From positions 71,355,973-71,419,972 of the forward strand of contig NC_068981.1 of the NCBI RefSeq assembly GCF_001194135.2: a DNA stretch of 64,000 nucleotides, in the 5' to 3' direction. The notes under the pieces were generated by a model. The model was not told the DNA's origin. It ran no database searches and saw nothing but the letters and a program-made list of their open reading frames with translations. The DNA comes from Octopus bimaculoides (lineage: Eukaryota). This document shows positions 1 to 64,000 of this stretch, piece after piece (position 1 is the first letter of the stretch; the number at the start of each line of letters is the position of its first letter). The position numbers and the translations under genes are program-made.

Positions 1-73
<73 letters not shown>

Positions 74-140
74 TAACAATAATAGCAACAATAATAATAA
101 GACTAATACTAACGATGACGATGATGATGATGATGATATG
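1..140. repeat. (AAT)n grading into (AAC) and (GAT)n microsatellite
   Basis: Directly visible. Confidence 0.98.
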
Positions 141-417
141 AAAGTAATTTCTTGCTGATGGATTTGACTTAATCAAATAAGTTAGAAAACCAATCTCAAA
201 TTTCTTATATTTCATAAACCTACAGCTGAAACATTTAAAATCAGCTATATTTATTCAGTACGATCGATTACACTTCCGACAAAACGTAATTCAATGAAAT
301 ACTTCACGTCTAACTGGAATCATACTGAATACATAATAAATACGATAGATCCAATTTCTCATAGCTCTTAATGTTTACTGATGTACATATATATCAGAGA
401 AAGAGAGAGAGAGAGAG

Positions 418-479
<62 letters not shown>

Positions 480-1949
480 TGTGTGTGCGTGCGTGCGTGT
501 GTTTCATAAGTTACACGTCGAAAAAGTTCGTTTACAATAAAATACTACTTCATGTCGTTCGCTTGTTAAAATTATTTACACTATGCTTGCACTTGCTACA
601 GTGTATTCTTTGGTTCCAGCGGAGGCGGAAGGCCCACTTTGTAGATTATAGTAGACAACATTTGTTTAAGAACAATTATGCAAATCTAATAACCAATATA
701 GTGAAAGAATTTAAACATCCACACACACACCCTCAGAAAAATAGATTCGTGCGCGAATGCAGTAATTTAGTTTGTTATTATATATACATTGTTATATGTA
801 AATATATGTACATATATGTATTTGCATATATGTTGTGTGTACATTGTCGTATATCATGAATTGATGCAGAAAGTTATATAAAATAGTTGTGACTTAATAC
901 AAATTATGAAGTGAACCATTTAAACGATGCACGGATCATCAATTCATCTAATAAAACTTACACAGTCATATATGACACTCGAGAAAAATAATAACATTTA
1001 TCATCGTATATTCACGTGTTAAAATATAAGACACCCTATAATATTCTTTTGGTTCAGTCTTATTACTACCTAGACTTTAATATTTGTCATATATCCGTAC
1101 TCACGCGATGTGTGTCACCAACGTGGAAGACATCGTTGATCAACGCGGTTCTTCTCTGGAACCAACCAAATATACAATATCATTGTCATTTTGTACGTCT
1201 GCGAGCCCAAACTTCATATGTGTTTCAACAAATGTCTCATTCCAATTTTGATGCTTCTTTTTCGACGTCAGTATAAATGACACCCCTAAACCAATACTGT
1301 TTTAGCATATCGATAAAATACACGATGGCAGTGCAAAATAGATGATCTCCTGATTCTCAGTATACCTCCGCAATTTATTGATAATGTGTCATCTAACCAA
1401 CTAGTGTCTTAGAAACTAACATTAGATATGTCTGCTCTCATCAGCCAATGAATGGCAGTAAGTTGATCCACCTCCTAGCAAGCTGCTGTCGTACTTGGAA
1501 ATTGGGAAGCAGTTTTTCACTATATCAATGGTTGGGCATGCAAAAGTTTTAGATACTAAATTTTAAGTGTTTGATTTTTTTGTTTGTCTCTGTGTGCACC
1601 TTTTCCTATAAGCACGCTGGTGTGTTTGAGTGCTATTTAAACAACTATTTTTTAGTAAGAATCGCAAATAAAGTAACGTGTATAATATACTAAATTGGAG
1701 AGATGGGTGTAGGTTGTTCAGGAGGATATTGAACTCTTCCAGAGTATTTAGAGATTATGTCCAGATTATAAAGCAATCGTCAAGGTATCTCTTTCCTGCC
1801 TTTTCAATATAATTTCTAAATTCAGTGTTATAGTTTTCCTCTAGTTCTTGGTAGAGTTGTTGTTCTAAATATCTCATTACAGAGTTCGCGTAAACAGGAG
1901 CAATTTACAAAGGAGATGAGTAGTACCAAATTACCATTCCAACATATAA

Positions 1950-2810
1950 TGGTAATTAAAAAGGACACCACCAGTACCACAGATATATACTACAAGCACA
2001 CGGACACACATCAGTACCTGAATTTTAAGTCGTGCCATCGACCACGTACAAAATGCAACATCCCATACAGCCTAGCCAGAAGAATTTGTACCATTGTAGA
2101 TAATGCGAATATCAGGAACAAACGCCTAACAGAACTAAGAGAATTTTTGCTCAAACAAAAATGCTCGCCTCTACTTAAAGAAAGTGGCATACATAAAAAT
2201 ACCCATACAACAACTGAGGACAACCCAAAGAAGAGGAAAACAGGAACAAGTCATACCATTTATAATGACACACAACCCATGTCACCAGAATATCTTCAAC
2301 ATTGCCAAAGCAAACCTAACAATCATTGCTCAAAGTAATGAATTAAAAGATATAATCACAAATAGAGCTATGGTTCTTAGTAAAAGACAACCTAAAAACT
2401 TGAAAAAATTATTAACAAAGGCACAGTTTAACCTTAGCAACGAATACCAATCATTCACTGTATCTAAATGCAATGATAGCCGATGTGGCACATGCCAATT
2501 CATACATACCGGCCAATATATGAACACAAAAAGTGGGGAAATATTCACAAACGCAAATATCAATTGCAAAAACAGAAATTTAATTTACTGCATCAAATGC
2601 CCAAATTGTGAAGAACTATATATAGGTCAGACTGGAAATGCAGTATCAGAACGTTCGCGTGTGCACCAACAACAAATTAGAGACCCAGATGTCCGTCAGA
2701 TACCTTTGGGTAACCTCTAGTAACATGTGATCGGAAAATATTTATATTTCCGTTCTACAATCTACACAGTCCAAATGAAATTGAGAGAAAAATCAGAGAA
2801 AAGCTAAATA
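1950..2810 (+). mobile_element. Penelope-like retroelement remnant (RT C-terminus, Cys-rich linker, GIY-YIG endonuclease), frameshifted
   Basis: ORF 1916..2338 has YYKHTDTHQYLNFKSCHRPRTKCNIPYSLARRICTI; ORF 2184..2720 has CNDSRCGTC...NLIYCIKCPNCEELYIGQTG...RVH. Confidence 0.9.
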
Positions 2811-3538
2811 AACAATAATACTAATACTTAGAGGTACTTTTTCTACTGCTACGACCACTAGCAACAACAACAATACTAAAGGTGCTCATGATGACGATAG
2901 CAGGAATATACTAGCTGAGTTAAGAGAAAAGTCAGTAAAAATTATCTTACTTTGGGGTTTAAAGTTGTATTTACCACAGCTACTCTTACCACCACCAACA
3001 ACAACAACGACAACGATAATAAAGGAGATGATAATGGTGATGATGATAATTGAAGTGTCAAAATTCCTGGGAAATGTTGTTTATAGCATTTCTAAAAATA
3101 GCCCAACAATTACTGCTTTGGCCAGGGTAAAATACAGGTCTCTTGACATGTTCAACAAACCGTGACGCCTAAACCAAACAGCAATCAACTTAAGTTAATT
3201 TAGTAAAATCACACACTGATTGGTCACTATACAGTTTGCAAAAATTAACATTCTGAAGCCTATACAAGTGTATTTAAGACACATAGTTTAGATATCTCAC
3301 TACAGTTGTAAATTGTAAAACATAACTGTCACCACTAATACATGAAGATTGCATAGGTTAATGTATGAAAGTACTAGTTCAATCAGAATGGACATTCAAT
3401 ATTCTACCATTTCATTATATTATATTATATTATATTATATTATATTATATTATATTATATCATTATAAGATTGTAAATAAAACGTGAAAATCAAAGTTGG
3501 AATTTCTTTGAGTAATATATATAAAAAAAACAATTGCA

Positions 3539-4358
3539 NNNNNNNNNNNNNNNNNNNNNNNNNNNNNNNNNNNNNNNNNNNNNNNNNNNNNNNNNNNNNN
3601 NNNNNNNNNNNNNNNNNNNNNNNNNNNNNNNNNNNNNNNNNNNNNNNNNNNNNNNNNNNNNNNNNNNNNNNNNNNNNNNNNNNNNNNNNNNNNNNNNNNN
3701 NNNNNNNNNNNNNNNNNNNNNNNNNNNNNNNNNNNNNNNNNNNNNNNNNNNNNNNNNNNNNNNNNNNNNNNNNNNNNNNNNNNNNNNNNNNNNNNNNNNN
3801 NNNNNNNNNNNNNNNNNNNNNNNNNNNNNNNNNNNNNNNNNNNNNNNNNNNNNNNNNNNNNNNNNNNNNNNNNNNNNNNNNNNNNNNNNNNNNNNNNNNN
3901 NNNNNNNNNNNNNNNNNNNNNNNNNNNNNNNNNNNNNNNNNNNNNNNNNNNNNNNNNNNNNNNNNNNNNNNNNNNNNNNNNNNNNNNNNNNNNNNNNNNN
4001 NNNNNNNNNNNNNNNNNNNNNNNNNNNNNNNNNNNNNNNNNNNNNNNNNNNNNNNNNNNNNNNNNNNNNNNNNNNNNNNNNNNNNNNNNNNNNNNNNNNN
4101 NNNNNNNNNNNNNNNNNNNNNNNNNNNNNNNNNNNNNNNNNNNNNNNNNNNNNNNNNNNNNNNNNNNNNNNNNNNNNNNNNNNNNNNNNNNNNNNNNNNN
4201 NNNNNNNNNNNNNNNNNNNNNNNNNNNNNNNNNNNNNNNNNNNNNNNNNNNNNNNNNNNNNNNNNNNNNNNNNNNNNNNNNNNNNNNNNNNNNNNNNNNN
4301 NNNNNNNNNNNNNNNNNNNNNNNNNNNNNNNNNNNNNNNNNNNNNNNNNNNNNNNNNN
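3539..4358. other. Assembly gap (largest of 11 N-runs)
   Basis: Other gaps: 7985-8346, 11347-11570, 12764-12773, 22865-23155, 34779-35019, 46009-46310, 48843-48852, 51954-51963, 56645-56838, 63051-63537. Most abut microsatellites. Confidence 0.99.
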
Positions 4359-4371
4359 TATATATATACAC

Positions 4372-4426
<55 letters not shown>

Positions 4427-4434
4427 TATATACA

Positions 4435-4589
4435 TGACAAGACGTAATTGGAAGCTGTTTAAGAAACGTGTGTGTGTGCGTGCGTGTGCGCGCGGCGCGC
4501 GCGTCTGTGTGTGTGTGTTAATAATCTAATTGGTCGAACGGCTACGTGAAGAGACCGTTTCTTAAACAGCTTCCAATTACGGCTTGTCA
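4435..4589. mobile_element. MITE-like element with 34-bp terminal inverted repeats
   Basis: tgacaagacgtaattggaagctgtttaagaaacg (4435-4468) is the reverse complement of 4556-4589 with 1 mismatch; internal (TG)n/(CG)n. No TSD visible. Confidence 0.7.
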
Positions 4590-4924
4590 GTTTCATACTT
4601 TCTGTCTAGTCTAACCTCTTTTTTTTTATCTTTTACCTTAAACCACCGCCGATCTCTATCCCACACCTACTCTTTCGTACCTTTCTATCGCTGTGTGACG
4701 TATTTGAATTTCGTAAAATAGACAACAACAAAACAAAAAAGAAAAGGAAAATGCCACCCGACCAAACTCACAGAACGATCTTTTGAATATACATAAACAA
4801 AGCAGAACAAATATAGCAAGTAAGTGCAACTGGAGGATATTATATTCCAGTCAGCAGGGCTAGTAAGTTCGGATGAGTTGAGTAAGTCGATAACATATAT
4901 CTCAGTAATCAACTAGTAGTTTTT

Positions 4925-5047
4925 TTATCGACTCCGAAATGATGAAAAGTAAAGTCGATTTCAGTGGAATTTGAACGCAGAACGTAAAGACGGGTGAAAT
5001 GCCGTTAAGAATTTTCCCCGTTGTGATAATGATTCTGCCAGCTCGGG
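4925..5047 (-). mobile_element. SINE family A, partial copy
   Basis: Reverse complement of the gagctggcagaatc...gactttgcctttcatc...gtcgataaa consensus shared by many copies in this window. Confidence 0.75.
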
Positions 5048-5278
5048 GCGGTATAGGAGTTACACATATTATTATTTTAAACAGTCTGATTCGGCCCCAG
5101 GCTTCTCACAGAAACCTAGCTCGTCGGGCTCGGAAAGACGAGAGGTGCAAGAAATCAAAGATGGCTACCAGAAACTGGGCTGCTATTGGTTAAGGTGAGT
5201 TACGTCGTTTTGTCAGAAGTTGAATCAAAGATCCAGCGATACCAAATACATTAAAAAGGAGAACTGTCGGTGGTGGTG

Positions 5279-5311
<33 letters not shown>

Positions 5312-5490
5312 CATTTTACTGTTCAACACAGACACACACTCACAGACAGACATATATACAGTGTGGGCCAAAAGTCACGTACCAAAGCATTTGACATTTT
5401 ATTTACATATTATTATTGTAATGCACAATATATATATATACTGAATGGTGTGTGGTTTTAATACTGGTGTGTGGCTTTGGGCCTAGCCTG

Positions 5491-5556
<66 letters not shown>

Positions 5557-6135
5557 TGTGCGTGCGTGTGCGTGCGTGCGTGTGTGTGTGAATGACAAAG
5601 AGAGAGTGAATGTATTTGTACATGTGTGTGTGCTTGCATGTGTGTGTTTGCATGTGTGTACATGCACTTCAACTTATATACAGGAATAATCGCATACTTT
5701 TCAAACAACAGGCGGGCTTAAATACACTATGGCTTTTAGATTCACAAAATTATCAGCTCATAGTCTTTGTTAACTTTCAGTCAACAAACTCATGCTTATA
5801 TTAACGATAGTTTTTCATGTATAAAGGTTTTAGTGATTTCTTTATCAGTAATTTCATTAGAAAAAAAATTCTATCTTTTATATATAAAAGAGTGATTAGA
5901 AATTATAACCTGCAGTTTGTTTATCTTTAAAGAACTGTTTAATATTAATGCCTCCCAAAAATGTCTACCATGTTTATTTGTGTAAACATATAGACATTTT
6001 TGTGTAAACATTTTTGTAGAAGAAAATTTAACATTTCTACCCGGCATTAATTTTAGCAGTAGCAAATTTATAAAAGCATTAATATGCCTCAAAGAGATTT
6101 GAAATTAGAATTTGAAAGGATTATAAATTGACCAT

Positions 6136-6490
6136 TTATTCCGTTGCTTCAATGTAAAGACCCCCTTCGGTCATGAATGACCATGGTTTTACACCTAGAA
6201 AGTTCTCCGAGGCACAATTCCGGGCAAAGTTGTTCTTGGAAGACCAGCAGTTGCTCATGCATACCAACATCCCCTCTCTATGCCACCAATGTTTTCCAAG
6301 GGAAACGCAAATGTCGATACAGCTTGGCACCAGAGACATCACAACTCATTTCTACAGCTGAGTGAACTGGAGTAACGTGAAATAAAGTCTCTTGCTCAAG
6401 AGCACAACACACAGCTCGATCAGAGAATCGAACTCACTATTTCGTGATTGTGGGCCCGACGCTCTAACCACTGAGACATGCGCCTTCACT
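6136..6490 (-). mobile_element. tRNA-derived SINE (family C)
   Basis: Minus strand reads gtgaaggcgcatgtctcagtggttagagcg (A box)...gagttcgattc (B box)...tgttgtgctcttgagcaagagactttatttcacg. A related fragment lies at about 6980-7060 on the + strand. Confidence 0.8.
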
Positions 6491-7754
6491 GTTGTTTCAC
6501 TATTACTGACAATTCATTCAATTTTTTCGGTTACAAGTTTTTGATACCATATGGTAGAAAACCTTTGTCATTTATCTTACAAGAATGCCAATTTTGTAAT
6601 TGTTCCTGTTGAATAAATTATGTATCAAACTACTAATGATTCACAGTGACAGCACTGGTGAACACGTTATCTTTCAAATTACCGAGTGCGATTCTTTCGC
6701 GGAAATAAATTCCTTGCATCCCTACAGTTGGAGGATGACATATCATAATAAATGAAAACCTAAAGATCAGTTACTGATTAAAAATTTATGCCGTTTTTAC
6801 AATGACAAAGTTGCAGCAGGAATTTAGCTTCAGGGATTTTGATTCCTCTTGCAAGCAGGAAAATTTACAATAGTAAATATGTTCAATCATGATGATTTTA
6901 TTTACTTTTATTTTTTTATTAAGGATTTATAGCGAGTGAGTATTATATTTATGTTCTTAAAGTCTAGGGGTCAATTCTTGGTCAAGACCGCACGTTGTGT
7001 TCTTGAGCAAGATATTTCGTTTCACGTTGCTCCAGACTATTTAGCTGTAAATGGTTACCAGACAAGTGCTGATCTAGTTCTCCCTCGAGTTTTTACGTCT
7101 TGAATGTATAACAGGGTCAAAGGTGACGGGGTCGAGAAGGTGTCTATGCTCACGACTACATAAACACCAAAAGCAATTAGTGAAAGCATGGTACATAATT
7201 ACAAGCCACGCTTGTTCGTGAGTGACGACGATAGGCTGTACTCTACTATTTAGGAGGCGGCGCCTATAACCATTTTCAGAGATCCTGACACTTGTAGAAG
7301 ATAGGAAGTAAATTGTCATCAGATCATAAACCTAGCCCAAATAATTGGAGCAACTGCATACCATGTAGTAGTGTAAAACAATTTGAGGGTTTAAGTCTAG
7401 AAACCAGATAATTACAGATAGATCTATCTGAGGGGAAATACGTTTTGTACCATTAATTTACAGGTCACGGTAAACTACCTTTTAATAAACGATCCTGAGT
7501 ATCATTTCGCTTTATGCAACTTAAGTTCTTTAGAAATTCTTCTGTATGTCAAATTTCACAAAATTCTTCTCCACTTCGAATTGGAACCACTTTTTCTAAA
7601 AAAATACAAACCAATATTGTGAATTTTTAATAAAATACATTTCTTTATTCTTAAAAGAATATTCCTTACACTGAGTTGTTATTAATTAATTTTTTCTTTC
7701 TTTCTCTCTCTCTCTCCCTTTTTTCAATTTTCACTACCTACTGAAATAAAATAG

Positions 7755-59709
<51,955 letters not shown>

Positions 59710-59871
59710 TACCAATACATAATAACCTTTGAATGATTTGACTTTAAAAACTGAGTGAGCAAAAAAAAAAGCAAATTTGAAGGATGATTACTTGCATAAG
59801 TAAAATCAGGAAACATTTGCGTTTGGTGTCATAGGAAATAATGAAAATGGACTTTTCATAATAATCATGTT

Positions 59872-60101
59872 AATAAATGTGAAAAATAATTGATTTGAAT
59901 GTTGATTAGATAAAGTAAATATTTCTTTAGAATTGTTTTGTTACTTTTGTCCTTGAAAAGAAATTGATTTTTTTAATCTTTTTTCATTTTCTATTATAGT
60001 ATATGTGAATACACGTGGTGTGTAAGAAATTTTAATGTATTGAAATTTAGATACTCTTTTATCAAAACTGTTAATATGAACGTGTTAATGTGATAAATAA
60101 A
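59872..60101 (+). terminator. Candidate polyadenylation signals (AATAAA at 59872-59877 and 60096-60101)
   Basis: Hexamers downstream of the predicted stop; AATAAA is common in AT-rich DNA, so support is weak. Confidence 0.25.
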
Positions 60102-63016
60102 AAAACGCACTAAGAATGTGCAATAACGTTTATTCACAATTTGCTAGGTTGTGTTTTAATTTCATAATTCTTTTTAGGTGGAAAAAAAGGTAAAGAAACT
60201 AAATAGAATACAGTATTTAGTTTTGTCCCTTTACCTCCTGATTTTTTTATCTTGCTTTCCATATCTCCATGATAGATAAAATATGCGATTTTCATCTATT
60301 GACCCTATTCAATCAACTATCACCTTTTGTCTACAGATCCTTGCCCTTGTACCAATATAAGATATTAATTATTAACGATTTAATGAAACGTGAAAATATA
60401 TGGCCTAAACTTAAGCGTGTATGTGATGTTAAACAGACAAATGGTAAATTTAACCCAAGCTAACACTAGTCTGTCTCTTGTAACAGTCCTTGAAAACCCT
60501 GATTCTTATTACTTGTAGCTACATGAAACAACGAAAAACCTACAATGGACGTGAGCACGCGACACATGAGTTAAAAAGCAATATTTTACCAGTACTTTAT
60601 CTACTGAATGATTCATTCCCTCTCTCAATCGGAACTATTTTGATATACATTTTCAACTCGTATCACGCAAAAAATATCAATTCAATCTTCCAAGTTTCAT
60701 TGGGTTTAATTGCTGAAAGATCACCATGATTTACCGTTTTATTTATTAAAATTCAACGGTCACATTCATTTTTACAATTTCGGGCAATTCCTGTTTGTGT
60801 GGCATATCAAGCAGAGGAGATAAATCCATAACGCTATTATATTTCTACCCTTTCCTTTGAATGATATGTCTGCCATTCTATCTTAGAATAACTGGTATCA
60901 CTTATTTAGTGCAGCATGAACCAAGGCCACTGGCCCCATGTCTTAGTTACATTATCTACTGATACATCATTGCTATTTCGTAGGTCCTCGATACACAAAG
61001 TTTTAGCACTAAATGTTCCATGGGCATTTTATCTGTAATCATTGCAATATTTCTTATTTGTTCCTTCCTGATGACGTCCCTTAATTTCAATCCCAGTTTT
61101 AGTTTCCTATCGTCCTTTCTTTTTCTCTATCTTTCTCTTTAAGTATTTTTCTTTTACGTTCATGTTCTCGAAATTACGCTCTGTTCCAGTTTTATTATAC
61201 TGTTATTTACAAAAATAGAAGGTATCTTAATAAACTAATGCTTTACAAAAATACGCAGAAGACATATATTTGCGTTGTTACAATTACGTAGAAGAGAAGA
61301 CTTTTGCCTGCTCTCACTGGAATTTTTTTCTTTATATTGACCGTTGAAGCAGCACTGTTTTAGATACAATTGTAGCAGATCTTAACGCTATTTCAATTAA
61401 AGAAAGTACACTTATTTAATTAAGTTTAGGAAGGTCCTGACAAGAGTGGAAGAAACATTTAAATAATATAATGGATCTATATAATATTTTGTTCCTCGTT
61501 TATATATTTATCTTTGTTAGTATAGTTAAGAATATTAAGTATTCTATCTTTGAAGTTATCGCCTTTAAATGCATCATTATGAGCACCGCGGTTGAAAGGA
61601 TTCCACAGTCGCCGATGGATATCCTGGAGATCAGAGAATGGTTAGAATTTATATCAATACACAGCAATTTCTCGTAAAGTTTGCACTAAAAGTAGCATTT
61701 GGCAGCACCTATATCTAGAGGGATATCTTAAAGTTTTAGTAGATTTAGATTCAAAAGATTATCTGTAGATTCCCTCTACAAGTATACTTTGTGTTTAAAT
61801 AGCAGCAATATTAATAATTATAAAATTGACTGGTCCATGAGACAACACGAGTCCCCTAGCATAAATTATTCTATGTGCTATTTCTGTCTCTCCGAAAAAT
61901 ATAACATCTTACAGCCTTTTGCAATTATGATCAAAAGACTAGAGTTGATTAATTCTTGCAGAGACTTCTAACGATATTTATTGAGGAATTACCACCTGAC
62001 TAAAATTGTTTATTACTCATATAATTGATCTGCCATACCTTGGAAGATTGCAATATGATACCAATCATTGATACTAGAACTTTCTAAAATAATAACCTTT
62101 ATTAGTCATATTTTTGTTTTACAAATATGATACTAAACAGATAAAATTTCAGGTATTCTTGCATGTGAGGAGACGAATATACCACATATTCTTCAAATGA
62201 CAGTTGAATAGATAGTTGTTCTTGGGTAACTAATGAAATCGCAGTGATTATTGTTATTTTGATGTGTTTATGAACATATTTGCTTATACTTTGTGGCATT
62301 AGTTCTTTGTTTCACTCGTCTGAATAACTGGTATGCGAAAATAATCGTAGTAACGATTCAAGTAGCTTCTACTTATAAAGACACGTACACTAACTGTTTT
62401 AAGTACTGTGTACACTTGTTTCTTCATTTGTAACCGCAAGTATTCACCAAACTGTACACATGTGTGTGCGTGTGTAGATATGTATACTTTTACATTTGCT
62501 TTCTACTTTTATTTGTTTCGGTCAGTTTGAAATTATGCATTGTGATCTGTAGTGTAAATTCTATAAAGTATCACTTTATCGGAGTTCTATAGTACACCCA
62601 AATTAATTCTGGAAAATTATATTTCCAAATATTTTAAGTATTATTCAGAAGCTAGTTAAATATATCAGCACTTTATTATTCTACTTTTTTCTTGTCTTTA
62701 TATTTCTTCAAATCCTGCATATTCACCACATAATTTAATTATATATCAACATTGATCGAAGCAAAAAGCTATGTAGAAAAGTAAAATGTGACAGACTACA
62801 GTCATTATCTACTTTTATACTGAGCATTTTAGTTTCCTTCTGTATTGTTATTTGTATGAGCGTGGAGTTTAACTTATTGTGTCAAAATTATCATATACAC
62901 AAATGTACTCTCGCTCCCAACATACACGAGCATTTGAAACACCATAGCCATTTATGCATACATACACACACACATATATGCATACATATATAAAAGTGCA
63001 TATACACATACACACG

Positions 63017-63050
<34 letters not shown>

Positions 63051-63537
63051 NNNNNNNNNNNNNNNNNNNNNNNNNNNNNNNNNNNNNNNNNNNNNNNNNN
63101 NNNNNNNNNNNNNNNNNNNNNNNNNNNNNNNNNNNNNNNNNNNNNNNNNNNNNNNNNNNNNNNNNNNNNNNNNNNNNNNNNNNNNNNNNNNNNNNNNNNN
63201 NNNNNNNNNNNNNNNNNNNNNNNNNNNNNNNNNNNNNNNNNNNNNNNNNNNNNNNNNNNNNNNNNNNNNNNNNNNNNNNNNNNNNNNNNNNNNNNNNNNN
63301 NNNNNNNNNNNNNNNNNNNNNNNNNNNNNNNNNNNNNNNNNNNNNNNNNNNNNNNNNNNNNNNNNNNNNNNNNNNNNNNNNNNNNNNNNNNNNNNNNNNN
63401 NNNNNNNNNNNNNNNNNNNNNNNNNNNNNNNNNNNNNNNNNNNNNNNNNNNNNNNNNNNNNNNNNNNNNNNNNNNNNNNNNNNNNNNNNNNNNNNNNNNN
63501 NNNNNNNNNNNNNNNNNNNNNNNNNNNNNNNNNNNNN

Positions 63538-63935
63538 GAAAAAATGTTTGAGGGGAATTTCCAAGAAGAGAATTTTAATACACGAAATGGTAGACCCTGT
63601 CAGCTTCCAAATATACCACATTCGAAATCACGATCGAAAACTTACTATTGTACCAGTCTGATATTTAGGGTTCCTCAGTTGTTCAGCTGCCTACCTAAAG
63701 AAATCAGAAATATAAAAGGGATTTTTTTTGAAAAATTCAAAAACATTGCATAAACTCCTAACAATGATACAGGGCCAGCCAACTATTGAAGGATACACTC
63801 AAAGAAGCTCAGCTGCTACGAACTCAGTCATTGACCAACTTCCAGCCATAAAGCAACAAAACTGAAAGGAAATTAATTAAGACGGTGCTCCAGCATGGCA
63901 GCAGTCACACGACTGAAACCACTAAAAAAATAAAC
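63538..63935 (+). mobile_element. 3' end of a LINE (CR1/L2-group-like): ORF2 C-terminus plus 3' tail
   Basis: FRVPQLFSCLPKEIRNI and a downstream PxQPTIEGYTQRxSAATNSVIDQL-like frame, then ggtgctccagcatggcagcagtcacacgactgaaac and an A-rich end. Confidence 0.7.
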
Positions 63936-64000
63936 GAAAAGGTCAAAATTCTTTATTAATCATCAGAGAGATATCTTTATATTACTAATGGACTTCTCAT

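Noticed and set aside
371-859. 162-aa ORF and other VCVC/THTH/LSLS/YIYI ORFs
   Set aside because: Translations of dinucleotide repeats with no domain signal.
1430-1450. Other CTGANGA matches: about 1437(-), 7317(-), 22303, 29706, 49035(-), 52314(-), 61069
   Set aside because: None has a stem II followed by GAAA and a UH site at suitable spacing, so they are not hammerheads.
3450-4529. Long ORFs of 310-330 aa in the track, and similar ones at 7932, 11201, 22785, 34669, 45987, 56547 and 62869
   Set aside because: They consist of N-gap (X) residues plus translated (AT)n or (CA)n microsatellites.
6420-6490. tRNA-like A and B boxes here and at 35030-35090 and 37685-37750
   Set aside because: They are SINE heads that continue into repeat bodies and lack a complete cloverleaf, so they are not tRNA genes.
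1-7754. Search for the upstream ECD exon (CxxxWDGWxCW...CP, phase-1 end) and signal-peptide exon
   Set aside because: No matching spliceable segment found; these exons are probably upstream of the window or hidden in a gap.

Overview
Eukaryotic, AT-rich genomic DNA, dense in microsatellites and SINEs, with 11 N-gaps. The repeat families look like those of an octopus or other cephalopod (inference from recognition, not a search). One protein-coding gene spans almost the whole window on the + strand: a class B1 (secretin-family) GPCR of the calcitonin/CGRP/DH31-receptor type. I reconstructed 11 phase-consistent GT-AG exons (7755-59709; 1079 coding nt, about 358 aa). They run from the second half of the extracellular hormone-binding domain through TM1-TM7 and helix 8 to a probable stop; the 5' exons lie outside the window or in a gap. 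The introns hold decayed transposons: three or four Penelope-like retroelement remnants, four Tc1/mariner elements (one a fold-back), a MITE, LINE fragments and many tRNA-derived SINEs. Findings not visible in the ORF track: (1) two minimal type I hammerhead ribozyme motifs, one intact-looking and antisense (45378-45422), one slightly decayed and sense (34550-34608) inside a ~356-bp tandem unit resembling a retrozyme or Penelope pseudo-LTR; (2) a ~430-bp-arm inverted repeat around an apparent Helitron tail-to-head junction, carrying octamer and CCAAT motifs; (3) a TM5 exon that starts with a recursive-splice-like AG|GTAAGC, where the same base changes the conserved Asn5.50b to Ser; (4) a SINE/LINE pair with a shared 3' tail. 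Most long ORFs in the supplied track are artefacts of N-gaps or microsatellites.
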